Origin: Candidatus Fermentibacteraceae bacterium
Lineage (GTDB): Bacteria > Fermentibacterota > Fermentibacteria > Fermentibacterales > JCC-6
Length of the DNA: 45,283 nt
Reading direction: 5' to 3'
Assembly: GCA_041686025.1 (NCBI GenBank)
Contig: JAWLEP010000007.1
Coordinates: forward strand, 20,290-65,572
Shown: piece after piece, positions 43,338-45,283 of the stretch
Numbering within the stretch: the first letter of the stretch is position 1
Layout: each line of letters starts with the position of its first letter
Made by a program: the position numbers and the translations under genes
Notes under the pieces: model-generated
Seen by the model: only the letters and a program-made list of their open reading frames with translations
What the model was told of the DNA's origin: nothing
Database searches by the model: none

Positions 43338-45239
43338 GTGGCAGCGCGAGAGACCTGGAGCAGCAAGACGGCGTTCATACTGGCCGCCATAGGGTCGGCC
43401 ATCGGCCTGGGAAACATCTGGAGGTTTCCCTACATCACCTACGCCAACGGCGGCGGGGCCTTCCTCGTCGCCTACTTCGTATGCCTCTTCCTGGCCGGCA
43501 TACCACTGCTGATGCTGGAGTTCAGCCTGGGACACCAGTCGCAGCGGGCGGCTCCGGGTTCCTTCAAGAGGATAACGCCCCGGCTGGAGTGGTTCGGCTG
43601 GTTCGCCGTGGGCGTGGGTTTCATCATCACCTGCTACTACGCCATCATCATGTCCTGGTGCGTGAACTACACCTTCGAGGCGGCAACGCTGGGCTGGGAG
43701 CAGGAGCACGGCCAGTACGCCCAGGAGGAGATGGCGGTAATGGAGACCGACCTGGAGGACTACGAGGTCCTCACTCCGGTACCGGATGACATGGCCGGAA
43801 TCCCCTTCGTCTCGGCCATCGACTCCGTGGCGGACGTGATCGTTCCGGAGGCCACCACCCTGGTCAGCTACCGGGGTGATATCTTCGGATTCCCCACCCG
43901 GGAGGAGGCGGAGGCCTTCCTGGACAGCCCCTGCGGCGACGGCACCTGCGCCATCGAGCCGGCGGGCGACAACGTCAGCCACATACTGGACCGGGTGCCC
44001 GACAACCTGGTGGGCAAGCCTTACGTATCGCCCTATTCCGGTACGGAGGACGTGGTCAGGAAAGTATCCACCATTCTGGTTGCCTACGAAGGCCACCTCT
44101 ACGCCTTCGGCAACGTCGACGAGGCCAGCGCCTTCATGGGCTCGCCGGGGGACTACTTCTACAACGACTTCCTGGGGCTCACCGACACGCCCTGGAGGAT
44201 GGGCGACTTCAAGTGGTACCTGTTCATCGGCTTCGCCATCTCCTGGGTATGGATCATCGCCTCCATATGGAAGGGCACCAAGACGGTGAGCAAGGTGGTC
44301 TACTTCACCGTCCTGATCCCCTGGGGCCTGCTGATCCTTTTCATCATACGGGGGGTGACGCTGCCCGGCTCGGGGACCGGCCTGGCCTTCTACCTCACAC
44401 CCGTGTGGAGCAAGCTCATGGACCCGTCCATCTGGCTGGCCGCCATCAGCCAGGTGTTCTTCAGCCTCAGCGTGGGCTTTGCCATCATGATCGCCTACGG
44501 AAGCTTCCTGCCCCAGAAGACCGACCTGGCCGGCAACGCCTTCATCATCGGCATAGCCGACGCCCTCACCGCCTTCATGGGGGGGCTGGCGGTGTTCAGC
44601 GCTCTGGGCTACCAGGCCAGCAAGCTGGGAGTGCCGGTGACCGAGGTGGTGCAGTCCGGGCCCGGCCTCACCTTCGTGGCCTACCCCCACATCATCAGCG
44701 GCCTGCCGGGTGCGCGGATATTCGGGGTGCTGTTCTTCCTGATGCTGCTGACGCTGGCGGTGGACTCCGCGTTCAGCCTGGTGGAGGCGGTCACCTCCTC
44801 GGTGAAGGACAAGTGGAAGACCACCCACAAGCGCGCCAACCTGACAGTGGGCGCCATCGCCTTCCTGCTGGGCCTGCCCATGCTCACCGGGGCCGGCCTG
44901 CACATACTGGACATCGCCGACCACTTCATGAACAGCTTCGGCCTGACGCTGGTGGTGCTGGGCGAGGTGATCATCCTCGGCTGGGGAGTGGGCGCGGCGA
45001 AGCAGAGGGAGTACATCAACAGGTACTCCTCGTTCCGGGTGGGCCCCTGGTGGGACATCTGCGTGCGGTGGATCATCCCCATGGGCATCCTCTGGATGCT
45101 GTACAGCGAGATACAGGACAGAACCGTCCCCTACGGCAGCTTCGGCCTGCGGGGAATGGAGTTCGCCTTCGGCTGGCTGCTGATCATACTGCTGCCCATC
45201 GTGGCGGACATCATGGCCAACGCAAAGGCCCGCGAGTAA
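43338..45239 (+). CDS. Sodium-dependent NSS/SNF family transporter with a large extracellular insertion
   Basis: RETWSSK, GSAIGLGNIWRFPY, QVFFSLSVG, GPGLTFVAYP; GTG43338 with GGAGG RBS. Confidence 0.92.
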   Translation: MAARETWSSKTAFILAAIGSAIGLGNIWRFPYITYANGGGAFLVAYFVCLFLAGIPLLMLEFSLGHQSQRAAPGSFKRITPRLEWFGWFAVGVGFIITCYYAIIMSWCVNYTFEAATLGWEQEHGQYAQEEMAVMETDLEDYEVLTPVPDDMAGIPFVSAIDSVADVIVPEATTLVSYRGDIFGFPTREEAEAFLDSPCGDGTCAIEPAGDNVSHILDRVPDNLVGKPYVSPYSGTEDVVRKVSTILVAYEGHLYAFGNVDEASAFMGSPGDYFYNDFLGLTDTPWRMGDFKWYLFIGFAISWVWIIASIWKGTKTVSKVVYFTVLIPWGLLILFIIRGVTLPGSGTGLAFYLTPVWSKLMDPSIWLAAISQVFFSLSVGFAIMIAYGSFLPQKTDLAGNAFIIGIADALTAFMGGLAVFSALGYQASKLGVPVTEVVQSGPGLTFVAYPHIISGLPGARIFGVLFFLMLLTLAVDSAFSLVEAVTSSVKDKWKTTHKRANLTVGAIAFLLGLPMLTGAGLHILDIADHFMNSFGLTLVVLGEVIILGWGVGAAKQREYINRYSSFRVGPWWDICVRWIIPMGILWMLYSEIQDRTVPYGSFGLRGMEFAFGWLLIILLPIVADIMANAKARE

Positions 45240-45283
45240 CGGGGACGGAGTACAACTTGTACAACTTGCTGGCGGTATAGCGC

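Noticed and set aside
45251..45268. Direct repeat TACAACTTG x2 at the window end
   Set aside because: Too short and too near the edge to interpret; could be an operator or an artefact

Overview
High-GC bacterial chromosomal window of about 45 kb. T9SS/FlgD-like C-terminal tails, a C25 gingipain and short C-terminal 'TWGxIK' tails suggest an FCB-type candidate phylum such as Fermentibacterota; this is inference only. Main blocks: secreted proteins, an ALDH7, a zur-znuACB zinc operon, a sulfatase-like lipoprotein and msrB; a Rex-headed 13-gene Mrp/Mbx (MBS-like) membrane oxidoreductase operon ending in an MbxN-GltD fusion; a GGDEF-PilZ cyclase; an APC permease-metallophosphoesterase-nucleotidyltransferase-aminotransferase cluster; a C25 peptidase; an M20-alr-fetAB operon; tRNA-Asp; a Cys-repeat NapH/YccM-like membrane protein; and an NSS transporter. 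The top finding is an unannotated secreted selenoprotein candidate at 40866-41483: the ORF track splits it in two at an in-frame TGA that forms C-G-D-U and is followed directly by a SECIS-like hairpin. Other notable points are an MbxL lacking the usual cysteines, the transporter-linked nucleotidyltransferase/phosphoesterase pair, and four genes that appear hollowed out, keeping only their two ends. All family calls come from motif recognition; no database search was run.
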